NCBI GenBank assembly: GCA_052147435.1
Contig: JBKQKP010000042.1
Span: 1-64,000, forward strand
Length of the DNA: 64,000 bases
Origin: Polyangiaceae bacterium
GTDB taxonomy: Bacteria > Myxococcota_A > Polyangia > Polyangiales > Polyangiaceae
Direction of reading: 5' to 3'
Part shown: in pieces, positions 1-12,231 of the stretch
Numbering within the stretch: the stretch's first letter is position 1
How the letters are laid out: every line of letters begins with the position of its first letter
Notes under the pieces: generated by a model
The model's input: only the letters and a program-made list of their open reading frames with translations
Told to the model about the DNA's origin: nothing
Databases searched by the model: none
Program-made: the position numbers and the translations under genes

Positions 1-499
1 GACGGCGACGCCGACGCCGACGGTGACGGCGACGGCGACGGCGACGGCCGCACCGACCGCGACAGTCGCAGCCCTGCCCACGGCGGTCCCGCCCCACGTC
101 TCGCCCGCCGCGCCGGCTCGCTCCAACGCCCCACCGACTCCTCCACCGCCCGCGACGATCGCCGCGGCGCGCGCAGCGTTCGCGCGCGGCGATCTCAACC
201 AGGCGAAATCGATCTACTCGGACCTGCTGGACGCCAACTCTCACGATGCGGAGGCGCTCGAAGGAATGGGCGAAGTCGCGCGCGCGCGGAAGAACCTCCG
301 TGTCGCCGCCTCGTTCTTCAACGCGGCGGTCGCGGCCGACCCGCGGTCCCTGCAAGCACTCACCGGTCTCGCAGACACCCAGTGGGACCTCGGCAAGCAG
401 GACGAGGCGCGGGCCAGCTACCGGAAGATCGCGAGCGACTTCCCCGGCGGAGTCTACCCGGCGCGGGTCACCGAGCGGGCGGCGCCGCCGGCACCCTGA
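1..499 (+). CDS. TPR-repeat protein, C-terminal part (5' end lies outside the window). N-terminal Thr/Ala/Pro-rich linker encoded by a GACGGC hexanucleotide repeat.
   Basis: ORF 23..499 extends open to base 1 in the same frame. Residues ~55-150 have TPR-like helices (AEALEGMGEVARARKNLRVAASFFNAAV...QALTGLADTQWDLGKQDEARASYRKI). Confidence 0.5.
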   Translation, partial: TATPTPTVTATATATAAPTATVAALPTAVPPHVSPAAPARSNAPPTPPPPATIAAARAAFARGDLNQAKSIYSDLLDANSHDAEALEGMGEVARARKNLRVAASFFNAAVAADPRSLQALTGLADTQWDLGKQDEARASYRKIASDFPGGVYPARVTERAAPPAP

Positions 500-539
500 T
501 TCGAGCCCAGCCGGCCTGGCATCGAGCTATCCTCGTCCG

Positions 540-1994
540 GTGACCCGCGAGACCGTGTGGAAGCGCGTTGCCGACGCCCTCCGCGGCGACTTCGGACGGC
601 TCCTCGATGTGCGCGACGTCCGGCGCGTGCGTCGCGTGGCAGGGGATGCGTGGCTCGTGACCGTCGTCCTGGCGGCCCCCTCCGGCGATCTTCACGTGGC
701 CGATCTCACGGTCGACGCCGCCGGAGCGATCACTCCCGTGCTGGGGCCCGAGCACGTCATCGACGCCGTCCGTCGCGCGCAGCGCGCATCGATGGCGCCT
801 CCTCCTCCCCCCGACGAGCTCGCCGACTTTGGCGACGCGTCGAGCGACGAGGACGAGCCGGCCCTCGACATGCTCAGCGAGGAGGAGCCGATCGAGGCGC
901 GCGTAGCCGTGGCTCTCGCGAAAGGGGATCCGGCCTCCCTGCACGAGGCCCGCGGCCTCCTTCCGCGCCTCCTCGCGGATCACGAGCGCCGCGGAACGAC
1001 CCTCTTCACGATGGCGCAGGTCGAGGTGAAGCTCGACGAGCGAACCCTCGCGCGCGGGTACCTCGAAGCGGCTGCCCGCGAGTTCGCCGATCGGTTCGAT
1101 CTCGCGTCGCTCGAGAAGGCGGCGGCCCTCGCGCTCGATCTGATGCCGCGCGACGCCTTCACCGGCTCGCCGATCCACACGCTCCTCGAGCAGAGCCGCG
1201 TCCGCCTCAAGCCTCTCGAGAGCCTCTTCCGCGCGCGGAGCCTCGCCGCCGTCCCCGACGACAACCGCGACCGGCTGGCGGACTGCGCGACCCTCCGGAC
1301 GCTCGCGCCAGGGGAGACCCTCGTCAACGAAGGGGACCCTTCGCTCAACGTCTTCGTGGTGAAGAGCGGCCTGCTCGGCGTGTGGCTCGAGAAACCGTCG
1401 GGGGGCTCGTGGCTCGTGCGGTGCTGTTTTCCCGGGTGGCTGCTCGGCGAATCGAGCGTGCTCGCGGGGCCCGACGCCCGGTGCACGGCGTCGCTCCGCG
1501 CCGAGCGCGTCAGCGAAGTCTGGGTGCTCCCCGCGTCCGAGGTCCGCGCGATCATGGACGAGGACTTCGCGTTCGGGCTGCGCATCGCCGAGACGAAGCA
1601 GCTCCATCGCATCGACTCGTTCTTCTCGATGCACGAGACGATGGGGCAGCTCGACGTTCAGGTGCGCGACGACATGCTGTCGTGCATCCAGCGGCTGGAG
1701 ATCTTCGACGCGGACACGATCCTCCTCCCCGCCAACGACATCCCTCAGGTGGCGTGCCTCGTGGCAAAGGGGTCGATCGCGCTCTTCGAGGAGGGGGAGG
1801 TCGAGAAGCCCGTCTCGGTCATCGAACCCGACTCGTTCTACGGGGTGCGTGACGCCATTCACCAGATCGCGTCGAGCGTGACGGCGATCGCGAGGGCCGG
1901 GACCACCGTCGCGTTCTTCGACGCGACTCGACTGCGCGCGCTCTGCGAGCGGAGCCCGGACCACGTCGTTGCCGTGCTCGAGAGATTGGGGTGA
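540..1994 (+). CDS. Tandem cyclic-nucleotide-binding (CAP-ED) domain protein
   Basis: Two cNMP-binding-like segments (TLAPGETLVNEGDPSLNVFVVKSGLLGVWLE... and ...ILLPANDIPQVACLVAKGSIALFEEGE). A GTG at 540 is the first in-frame start downstream of the TPR gene stop. The 246..539 part of the listed ORF overlaps the TPR gene and is rejected. Confidence 0.55.
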   Translation: MTRETVWKRVADALRGDFGRLLDVRDVRRVRRVAGDAWLVTVVLAAPSGDLHVADLTVDAAGAITPVLGPEHVIDAVRRAQRASMAPPPPPDELADFGDASSDEDEPALDMLSEEEPIEARVAVALAKGDPASLHEARGLLPRLLADHERRGTTLFTMAQVEVKLDERTLARGYLEAAAREFADRFDLASLEKAAALALDLMPRDAFTGSPIHTLLEQSRVRLKPLESLFRARSLAAVPDDNRDRLADCATLRTLAPGETLVNEGDPSLNVFVVKSGLLGVWLEKPSGGSWLVRCCFPGWLLGESSVLAGPDARCTASLRAERVSEVWVLPASEVRAIMDEDFAFGLRIAETKQLHRIDSFFSMHETMGQLDVQVRDDMLSCIQRLEIFDADTILLPANDIPQVACLVAKGSIALFEEGEVEKPVSVIEPDSFYGVRDAIHQIASSVTAIARAGTTVAFFDATRLRALCERSPDHVVAVLERLG

Positions 1995-2000
1995 GCCGCG

Positions 2001-4862
<2,862 letters not shown>

Positions 4863-4941
4863 CGACGCGACGCGACGGCGCGTCAGTCCCGGAGCGCTCC
4901 CGTGCTGCCAACGGGAGCCCGTTGCGGTATACGAGCGCCCC

Positions 4942-7152
4942 ATGAAGCTCCGTCCTCTCCCGCTCCTGGTTCTCGTGGCTGCCTGCGGTGGAAGCGAGCC
5001 CCCCCCGGCCGCTCCCGCACCGCCCGCCCCCACGCCGGCCGCGCCCCCCGTCGCAACACCCGCGCCGGCGGCGCCCGTCTCGCCGTGGGTGAGCCAGTAC
5101 CCGGCGACCCGCACCGAGGACACGAAAGACGTCCTCTTCGGCACCGAGGTTCGCGACCCGTACCGGTGGCTCGAGGACGGCAAGGCGCCCGAAGTGCAAG
5201 CGTGGATGACCGCCGAGGACAACCTGACGCGCAAGAAGCTCGCCGCGCTCCCCGAGCGTGACGCGATCGCCGCACGCCTGAAGGAGCTGTTCTACGTCGA
5301 CTCCCAGTCCATCCCGTTCACGCGCGGCGGTCGCGTCTTCTACGAGCGGCGCTCGGGGTCGCAGGAGAAGTGGGTGGTTTACTGGCGGCAGGGGAAGAAG
5401 GGGGAGGAGAAGGTCCTCCTCGATCCGAACACATGGTCGAAGGACGGATCGTCGTCGCTCCACGACTGGAGCGTCTCCTGGGACGGGAAGCGCGTGGCTT
5501 ACGACGTCTCGGAGAACAACTCCGACCAGGCGACGATGCACCTCATGGAGGTCGACAGCGCGAAAGTCTCCACGGTCGATGTCATCCCCGGCGCGCGGTA
5601 CGCGCATGCCTCGTGGACCCCGAAGGGGGACGCCTTCTATTACACGCGCCTCCCGGTCGACGCGACGATCCCGCCCGACAAGATGCCGGGTTATGCCGCC
5701 ATCTATCTCCACAAGGTCGGCGCGGACCCGGCGAAGGACGAGCTCGTCCACGAGAAGACCGGCGATCCGACGACGTTCATCGGCGGCGGGGTTTCGAAGG
5801 ACGGCCGGTGGCTCTTCGCGGACATCGTACGCGGTACCCGCTCGAACGACGTCTACTTCCGCGACCTGACGAAGCCGGCGAAGACCTGGACGCCGCTCGC
5901 CGAGGGGCTCGACGCGAAGTTCAGCGCCGAGGAGTTCAAGGGGAAGTTCTACATCCTCACGAACGACGGCGCGCCGAAGTTTCGGGTCTTCGTCGCGGAC
6001 CCCGCGCACTTCGAGCGGAGCGCGTGGAAGGAGATCATCCCGGAGCGGAGCGACGCGACGCTCGACGGGGCGGACATCGTCGGCGGGAAGCTGTCGCTCC
6101 GTTACTTGAAGGACGTGACGTCGCACCTCGAGCTCCACGATCTGTCCGGCAAGCTCGTTCGCGAAGTCGCGCTTCCGACGCTGGGCACGGCGTTTCTCGC
6201 GGGCGACGCCGACCAGGACGACGCCTTCTTCTCGTTCAGCACGTTCAACTACCCCTACGAGATTCACGAGACGTCGATCGCCAAAGGGGGCGACACGGTG
6301 TGGTTCAAGCAGAAGGTGCCGGTCGACCCGAGCCCTTACACCGTCGATCAGGTGTTCTTCACGTCGAAGGACGGGACGCGCGTGCCGATGTTCCTGGTTC
6401 ACGCGAAGACGATGCCGCACGACGGGAGCTCGCCTGTCCTGCTCAACGGCTACGGCGGGTTCAGCATCTCGCTCACGCCTGGGTTCTACAAGTCGATCTA
6501 TCCGTGGCTCGAGCATGGAGGGGTCTTCGCGCTGGCGAACCTCCGCGGGGGAGGGGAGTACGGCGAGGCGTGGCATCGAGACGGCATGAAGCACGTGAAG
6601 CAGCACGTCTTCGACGATTTCGAGGCCGCCGCCGAGTACTTGATCAAAGAGAAGATCACGTCGAGCGATCGACTCGCGATCGACGGAGCGTCGAACGGCG
6701 GTCTCCTCGTCGGCGCGGCGCTCACGCAGCGGCCCGAGCTCTATCGCGTCGTCCTCTGCGGGGTTCCGCTCCTCGACATGGTCCGTTACCACCTCTTCGG
6801 GTCCGGTCGCACGTGGAGCGAGGAGTACGGCACCGCGGAGAAGGAGGACGACTTCAAGGCGCTCTTCGCGTATTCGCCGTACCACCACGTCACGCGCGGC
6901 GTCGCCTACCCGTCGGTCCTGGTCGAGTCGGCCGACAGCGACGACCGGGTCGACCCGATGCACGCCCGGAAGATGACCGCGGCGCTTCAGGCGAATTCGT
7001 CCGGAGGACCTGTCCTCATCCGCATCGAGAAGCACTCGGGGCACGGCGGCGCGGACCTGATGCACGCGTGGGTCGAGCAGTACGCGGATCGGTATGCGTT
7101 CGTGCTCGCGGAGATAAAGAAGCAGGGGAGCGTGATGGGGGGGGCTCAGTAG
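4942..7152 (+). CDS. Prolyl oligopeptidase (S9A family) lipoprotein, paralog 1
   Basis: Signal peptide with lipobox (LLVLVAACGG). N-terminal beta-propeller and C-terminal peptidase domain carrying the catalytic Ser in DGASNGGLL, then ...DDRV...H. An in-frame ATG at 4942 follows the kinase gene. Confidence 0.85.
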   Translation: MKLRPLPLLVLVAACGGSEPPPAAPAPPAPTPAAPPVATPAPAAPVSPWVSQYPATRTEDTKDVLFGTEVRDPYRWLEDGKAPEVQAWMTAEDNLTRKKLAALPERDAIAARLKELFYVDSQSIPFTRGGRVFYERRSGSQEKWVVYWRQGKKGEEKVLLDPNTWSKDGSSSLHDWSVSWDGKRVAYDVSENNSDQATMHLMEVDSAKVSTVDVIPGARYAHASWTPKGDAFYYTRLPVDATIPPDKMPGYAAIYLHKVGADPAKDELVHEKTGDPTTFIGGGVSKDGRWLFADIVRGTRSNDVYFRDLTKPAKTWTPLAEGLDAKFSAEEFKGKFYILTNDGAPKFRVFVADPAHFERSAWKEIIPERSDATLDGADIVGGKLSLRYLKDVTSHLELHDLSGKLVREVALPTLGTAFLAGDADQDDAFFSFSTFNYPYEIHETSIAKGGDTVWFKQKVPVDPSPYTVDQVFFTSKDGTRVPMFLVHAKTMPHDGSSPVLLNGYGGFSISLTPGFYKSIYPWLEHGGVFALANLRGGGEYGEAWHRDGMKHVKQHVFDDFEAAAEYLIKEKITSSDRLAIDGASNGGLLVGAALTQRPELYRVVLCGVPLLDMVRYHLFGSGRTWSEEYGTAEKEDDFKALFAYSPYHHVTRGVAYPSVLVESADSDDRVDPMHARKMTAALQANSSGGPVLIRIEKHSGHGGADLMHAWVEQYADRYAFVLAEIKKQGSVMGGAQ

Positions 7153-7186
7153 TAAAGGGGACCCCGGTACGCGGCGCGCCTGGTCC

Positions 7187-8560
7187 TCAGAACTTCGCCA
7201 GGTGCGCCTGGTACGTCTGCCCGAAATCCTCGGTCGGCGTGCCGGCGTCGTAGTCCGTAATCAGGACGGGGTCCGTGTCCGTGTTCCACGACCACGCGAG
7301 GTAGCTCTGGCCTTCCGTCTCCGTCCAGGTGAGGAGATTGTCGTACCAGGTCTCGAGGTCGGTGATTTGCGCGGGGGTGAAGAGCGCGGCCGTCGACGCG
7401 CTGAACGCCGAGATCCCCGACTCTCCGATGACCAGCGGGAACCCGGCGGCGAGCACGCTCGTCGCTGACGTATTCGTCGCGGTCACCTCCGCGGAGTTGC
7501 ACGTGAGCGACGTGGAGTAGCCGTTGTACTGACTCGGGCACCCCGACTGCTCGGAGTTGAAGTCGTAGGCGTGCCACGACGCCGCGACGTTCGCGATACT
7601 GATCCCGTTCAGGGGCGACGGGAGCGTCGGAATGCCGTTCACCGACGAGACCCACTGGGACATGTCGCTCGAGTACGAGAGACCGCCGAGGATGACGACG
7701 TTCTGCGCTCCGGCGTTACGCACCGCCTGGAGGAGCGCGGCCATGCCCGCGACGGTGTAGTTGGTGCCGTTCAGCTGCGCGCACGAGCCGCCGCTGACCC
7801 AGCAGGACCAGTCCGTGATGAAGGGCTCGTTGAACAGGTCGAAGATGACCGAGCCGTTCCCCGCGAACGTCTTGGCGATCTGCGACCAGACCGTGGGCGC
7901 GTGATCGGCGTCCGCCATCGGCTCCTGGGCGTTCGAGAGCGTGGTTCCAGGCGCGGTCCAGTGCAGATCGACGATCGCGACCATGCCGTTTTGGGTGATC
8001 AGGTTCACCCAGCCCGAGATGGCGTTCTGGTAATTGGTGCCGCCGTACGCTGCAGCGACGCCGTTGATCCCAAGCCAGCAGTCTTCGTTGAGCGGGACGC
8101 GCACGGCGTTGATGTTCCAGGTCTTCATCGCGTTGATGCCCGCCTGGTCCGCGGGGCCGTCGAAGAAGCCGCCCGAGAGGCACGAGAACTCGGTCCCCGA
8201 GCGGTCCACGCCGTGGAGCTGCACGACGTTGCCGTTCCCGTCGACGATGTGACCGAGCCCGCCGTCCGCTCCCATGATGACGTGCAACCCGGTCGTCCCC
8301 CCGGACTCCGCGCTCTCCCCGGTGCCCGAGTCGGTCGGCCCCGCCGTGCCTCCGTCTTCGCCTAGCGTGCCGCCTCCGTCGTCCCCGGTCCCTGGATTCC
8401 CTAGGTTCCCCTTCGGTCCGCCGTCGGTGTTCGCGGACGAGCCTCCGTCGCCGCTTCCGTTCGATCCGGCCGGCGAGCCGCTGCAAGCGAACACGCCGAC
8501 GGCGACGATGAACCCGACCGCGAAGAGCGGGGGCGTTACTTGTTGTGGCAAAGGTTGCAC
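7187..8560 (-). CDS. Secreted glycoside hydrolase family 5 (endoglucanase/mannanase-like)
   Basis: Signal peptide, then a Gly/Thr/Asp-rich linker. GH5 hallmarks present: NEP acid/base (FDLFNEPF) and the nucleophile Glu in VIGESG. Confidence 0.75.
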   Translation of the reverse strand: MQPLPQQVTPPLFAVGFIVAVGVFACSGSPAGSNGSGDGGSSANTDGGPKGNLGNPGTGDDGGGTLGEDGGTAGPTDSGTGESAESGGTTGLHVIMGADGGLGHIVDGNGNVVQLHGVDRSGTEFSCLSGGFFDGPADQAGINAMKTWNINAVRVPLNEDCWLGINGVAAAYGGTNYQNAISGWVNLITQNGMVAIVDLHWTAPGTTLSNAQEPMADADHAPTVWSQIAKTFAGNGSVIFDLFNEPFITDWSCWVSGGSCAQLNGTNYTVAGMAALLQAVRNAGAQNVVILGGLSYSSDMSQWVSSVNGIPTLPSPLNGISIANVAASWHAYDFNSEQSGCPSQYNGYSTSLTCNSAEVTATNTSATSVLAAGFPLVIGESGISAFSASTAALFTPAQITDLETWYDNLLTWTETEGQSYLAWSWNTDTDPVLITDYDAGTPTEDFGQTYQAHLAKF

Positions 8561-8734
8561 GCGGCTCCCTTGAGCAACATACGCGCCATTCCAGTGGCGT
8601 GACGCTTCGGGCGCTCCGGGAGCCGCTTTCGCGAATTCAGTTTCGGTGCGTGGATCGAAATGTCCAACGGTGCTCGTGGGTGAGCGTCCGGCACGCGAGC
8701 ATGATTACCCACATGAGAAAACCCACCCCCGGCA

Positions 8735-8825
8735 CCTCCCTGCAAGCAGGGAGGGGAGCTCTCTCGCGACGCGGAGCACACCCCTTCCCTGCTTGCAGGG
8801 AAGGGGCCGGGGGATGGGTTGATCG
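8735..8825. repeat. REP-like palindromic element, copy A: hairpin cctccctgcaagcagggagg, then a 45-bp unit ccccttccctgcttgcagggaaggggccgggggatgggttgatcg
   Basis: Perfect inverted repeats read directly from the sequence. The 45-bp unit recurs as an exact reverse complement at 27590..27634. Confidence 0.8.
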
Positions 8826-8842
8826 AGATTCGCGCTCCGTCA

Positions 8843-9424
8843 TCACGCCCGCCAACTGACCGTCACCGCGATCCGTCCGCTCGCGTCGAGCCCGTGGCTC
8901 TCGCGAACGTCGTTCGCACGCGAGAGAGCAAGCATGTAACGGATCATCTCCGCGAACGTGCGCCGCCCCACGGGGTCCTGCACGTACGGGTGATCTGCGA
9001 GCGTCACGCGGCCGCTCGTCTCCGTGCGCCAGTCGATCTCGACCTTTCCTTGCGAGTGGAAGTGGCGCCACATGTCGCTCGCGCGCGCTCCGATCGCTCG
9101 CGGGGTCACGACCTTCATGAAGAGACGGCGGACCCCTCCGATCGCGATGTCGAGCGATCGATCGATGCACTCGGCGTAGGTGTCGGCGTTCCCGTCGGCG
9201 GTCGTTTCGTAGATCGTCGTCTGCCACGCCATGAGGTGGGACGTGGGGTACCACCGGATCGCCACGAACTCCGGCCCGCACGTCTCGCGTGCGACGTCGG
9301 GGGGGAGACGAGCGACGAGCGCCCGGAGCGCGGCGCCCCCCCACGTCTCGCGCACCGCGAGGTCGAGCGTGTGAAAGATGATGCCGCGCGTGAGCGCCAC
9401 GTTCGACGGGAACAGAGACCCCAC
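8843..9424 (-). CDS. Conserved hypothetical protein (resembles the Myxococcales-restricted DUF2378/TIGR02265-like family)
   Basis: 193-aa ORF with high GC3 and good coding appearance. The family assignment is from memory of myxobacterial paralog families, so it is tentative. Confidence 0.5.
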   Translation of the reverse strand: MGSLFPSNVALTRGIIFHTLDLAVRETWGGAALRALVARLPPDVARETCGPEFVAIRWYPTSHLMAWQTTIYETTADGNADTYAECIDRSLDIAIGGVRRLFMKVVTPRAIGARASDMWRHFHSQGKVEIDWRTETSGRVTLADHPYVQDPVGRRTFAEMIRYMLALSRANDVRESHGLDASGRIAVTVSWRA

Positions 9425-9446
9425 GGCGCCGAGGATACCGCGCGAT

Positions 9447-9821
9447 TTACGCGCGCGGCCGAACCTGCTTCCGGATCTTCTTGATGAAGGTCTGCGTGCA
9501 CAGACCGTGGCTGTCTTCGTGCTCCATGATCTCCTGGATGAGCCTGGCCTTCGCCTCGCTCGTGCACGACGGATTGTCGCGGACCTCGGTCGCGAGCTGG
9601 ACGCCGTGGGGCGTCACCGGCCACTGCGCCTTCACGACGACGGCCGCTTTGTTCGACTGCCGGTGATGGGCCGCTTTCGTCTTCGTCACGTCGTGGAAGC
9701 CGGTGTCCTCGGCGCGCTTCCCGCTGCCGTGACAGCTCGGGCACGTCGTGGTCAGTCCGAACGAGTTTCCGATGCGACGATCTCCACCACACACTCCGCA
9801 GGGGTCATCGGACACAGCCAC
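9447..9821 (-). CDS. Small zinc-ribbon protein (hypothetical)
   Basis: CGVCGG...CPSCHG four-Cys motif. It ends 23 nt upstream of the next gene on the same strand, so it is probably co-transcribed. Confidence 0.45.
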   Translation of the reverse strand: MAVSDDPCGVCGGDRRIGNSFGLTTTCPSCHGSGKRAEDTGFHDVTKTKAAHHRQSNKAAVVVKAQWPVTPHGVQLATEVRDNPSCTSEAKARLIQEIMEHEDSHGLCTQTFIKKIRKQVRPRA

Positions 9822-9955
9822 ATCCTTCCAAGACGCCGGGTTTCACGAACGCTCCATGCACCGTACGCGACGACGCCGCCGGGCGCCGGTGATCTCGCCA
9901 CGACGGCCGGCGATTGTCACAGTTTGCCCCCGCCGCGCGACGTCAGGTCGAAGCC

Positions 9956-10783
9956 ATGGAGCATCGACCCTCCCCCTTTCGCGCCACTTTCACGCTGATT
10001 CTCGCCGTTCTCGTCCCCGTAGCCGCTTGCAGCAAGGCGCCGCCGATCACGGCTCTCCCCCCTCCGACTCCGACCGCTTCCTCGGCGAGCCCGGCCGAGG
10101 TCTTCGCGGCGCTTCCCCCCGAGAGCGAGCCGGTGCGTCCGATCGATCCGTTCACGATCGCCGACGAGCAAGGTCGCCCCATCGAGGTCTACCCGCCGAC
10201 GGGCGACGCGAGCCGGTCACCGCTGGTCGTGATGCTCCACGCGACCTGCATGCAGCCCGCCTCCGTCTGCAACTGGTTCGGGGAGGCCGGGCGGGATACG
10301 GGATGGCTCGTCTGCCCTTCGGGCAACGGAACGTGCGCCGGCGAGCCGGACTGGGAAGGATCCGGGCGTGCGAAGGCTGCGTTTCTCGAGCGCGCGATCG
10401 CGCGGGTGGAGGACCGCGTGGGTGCGTTCGTGGATGACACGCCGGGCGTTCTCATCGGTTGGTCCCGAGGTGCGTTCGCCGCGCGCGACATGGTCGTCGC
10501 CCGCCGCGATCTGGTCTCGCGCCACTTCACGGGGCTCGTGCTCATCGCGGCGCAGGTCGCCCCCGACGCCGCCACGCTCCGCGCCGCGGGCATCCGGCGT
10601 GTCGTGATGGCGGCGGGCGACTACGATATGTCGCGCCCGATGATGGTCGGCGCGGTCGATGCGCTTCACCGCGCCGGGATGGAGGCGAGGTACGTCTCTC
10701 TGGGCAAGATTGGCCATGCGTGGCCGGCAGACTTCGAGAAGACGATGCGCGAGCCGATCGCGTGGGCGGCGGAGCGCGATTGA
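9956..10783 (+). CDS. Alpha/beta-hydrolase (esterase/PHB-depolymerase-like) lipoprotein
   Basis: Lipobox VPVAAC; LVVMLHA oxyanion-region motif; GWSRGA (G-x-S-x-G) nucleophile elbow. Start chosen at the ATG (MEHRPSPF) preceding the signal peptide. Confidence 0.65.
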   Translation: MEHRPSPFRATFTLILAVLVPVAACSKAPPITALPPPTPTASSASPAEVFAALPPESEPVRPIDPFTIADEQGRPIEVYPPTGDASRSPLVVMLHATCMQPASVCNWFGEAGRDTGWLVCPSGNGTCAGEPDWEGSGRAKAAFLERAIARVEDRVGAFVDDTPGVLIGWSRGAFAARDMVVARRDLVSRHFTGLVLIAAQVAPDAATLRAAGIRRVVMAAGDYDMSRPMMVGAVDALHRAGMEARYVSLGKIGHAWPADFEKTMREPIAWAAERD

Positions 10784-10834
10784 AGCGCGACGGAAAGGGA
10801 GCGCCGGCTCCCGACGCGCGTTACGCTGACGAGG

Positions 10835-12223
10835 ATGCCCGGCGAAGCGCCCAGGACCCGTCGCGCGCTCGCCTTGGCGAAGACCGTCGCGAAGTTCGCG
10901 GCGGCCTGGGGGGCGTTCATCGCGGTCGCCAACAACGACCTCCTCGTGAACCGCGTGACCGACGCTCTCGGGTCTGCGACCCAGAAAGCGCTCGCCAACT
11001 TCCCCCTCGTTGCCCGCTACACGGAGAACCTCTACCAAGACGTCACGTTCATCTTCCTCATGACGGCGTTCGTCACGCTCGTCTTCGGGACGGGCCTCGC
11101 CGTGCTGGGCGGTGCGACGCGGATGGTCGCCCGGGCGCGCGTTCGCGCGGGGCACGCCGACTTTCTCGATCGCCTCCGTGGGTGGACGGCGGCGCATCCG
11201 AAGGTGACTCGCGCGCTCCTGGCTGCCCCCGCGCTCGCGTGGATGCTTCGACTCGGATGGCCCTCTTCGATCGCGGGGTCCATCATCGACGGACCAATCC
11301 TGGATACGGCCCCCGGCCCCTACGTGCGCATCCTGCCCGCGCTCCTCGTCGCCGGATGGGGCCTGTTCGCGATGACGAAGAAAGGGGTGCGCGAGCTGCT
11401 CGCCCCCACGTTGGGCGGCGATGAAGCGACGGCCCGGTTCGAGATCGGTCCCGAGGAGATCGGTTTCGATGCGGTCGCGGTCACGCGCGAGACGCTCGCC
11501 ACCGTGGGGCTCTACTCCGCGATCACCCTCGGGCTTCCTGCGTTCGGACTCCTTTACCTGCTGATGAATCGCGGTTCGGTCCACGACGGGTCGAGCCTCG
11601 GCTTCGTCGCCTACCTGGCCTTCGTGGGGTTCGGTGCGTTCGCCTTTCGAAGGGCCTCGCGCGTCGCTATCGGCGTCGATGGAGTCCACATCCGCGGCAC
11701 GTCGCGCGCGCGGTTCTTCGCGTACCGCGACCTCGACTCGGCGCGGGTGAAGGGGGGCGACGTCGAGCTCGTTCGTCGCGGCAAGGTCGTCCTGCGCCTC
11801 CAGCTCCACGGGGAGGACGCGGCGCGGAGGGACGCGGTCCTAGCGCGGATCACCGAGAGCATCGCGCGCGTCCGCGAGGGGCGTGGGGCCGTCGCTGCGC
11901 AGATCGTCGCGTCGTCGTCGAAGGACGCTCTCGCGCGCGTCGCCGAGGGCGGCGGTGACTACCGAATGGCGACGCTCACGCGCGAGCAGCTCTGGGCGCT
12001 CGTCGAGGGGCCGGAGATCGAGGCGAGCGCGCGAAAGGCGGCGGCGGAGGCGCTCGTACGATCGAGCGACGACGGCGAGCGCGCGAGGTTGCGCGTGGCG
12101 GCGGAGCACTGCGCCGAGCCGCAGGTGAGGATCGCGCTTCAGGAGATCGCCGACGAGGAGCACGTGCCCGAGGGGCGAACGCCGATGGACGCACCGCCAG
12201 TCGCGATCCGCGCGGGCAAGTGA
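10835..12223 (+). CDS. Polytopic membrane protein of unknown function
   Basis: Multiple hydrophobic helices, high GC3, no recognisable catalytic motif. Confidence 0.45.
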   Translation: MPGEAPRTRRALALAKTVAKFAAAWGAFIAVANNDLLVNRVTDALGSATQKALANFPLVARYTENLYQDVTFIFLMTAFVTLVFGTGLAVLGGATRMVARARVRAGHADFLDRLRGWTAAHPKVTRALLAAPALAWMLRLGWPSSIAGSIIDGPILDTAPGPYVRILPALLVAGWGLFAMTKKGVRELLAPTLGGDEATARFEIGPEEIGFDAVAVTRETLATVGLYSAITLGLPAFGLLYLLMNRGSVHDGSSLGFVAYLAFVGFGAFAFRRASRVAIGVDGVHIRGTSRARFFAYRDLDSARVKGGDVELVRRGKVVLRLQLHGEDAARRDAVLARITESIARVREGRGAVAAQIVASSSKDALARVAEGGGDYRMATLTREQLWALVEGPEIEASARKAAAEALVRSSDDGERARLRVAAEHCAEPQVRIALQEIADEEHVPEGRTPMDAPPVAIRAGK

Positions 12224-12231
12224 GTCATTCG

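Noticed and set aside
1-55. GACGGC hexanucleotide repeat
   Set aside because: It is in frame within the TPR protein's Thr/Ala/Pro linker (TATPTPTVTATATATA). It is a coding low-complexity tract, not an independent element.
246-539. N-terminal extension of the cNMP-binding ORF
   Set aside because: Overlaps the in-frame TPR gene on the same strand. Highly Arg/Ser-rich; replaced by the GTG start at 540.
10217-11809. 530-aa minus-strand ORF
   Set aside because: Antisense to the esterase and membrane-protein genes; low-complexity product.
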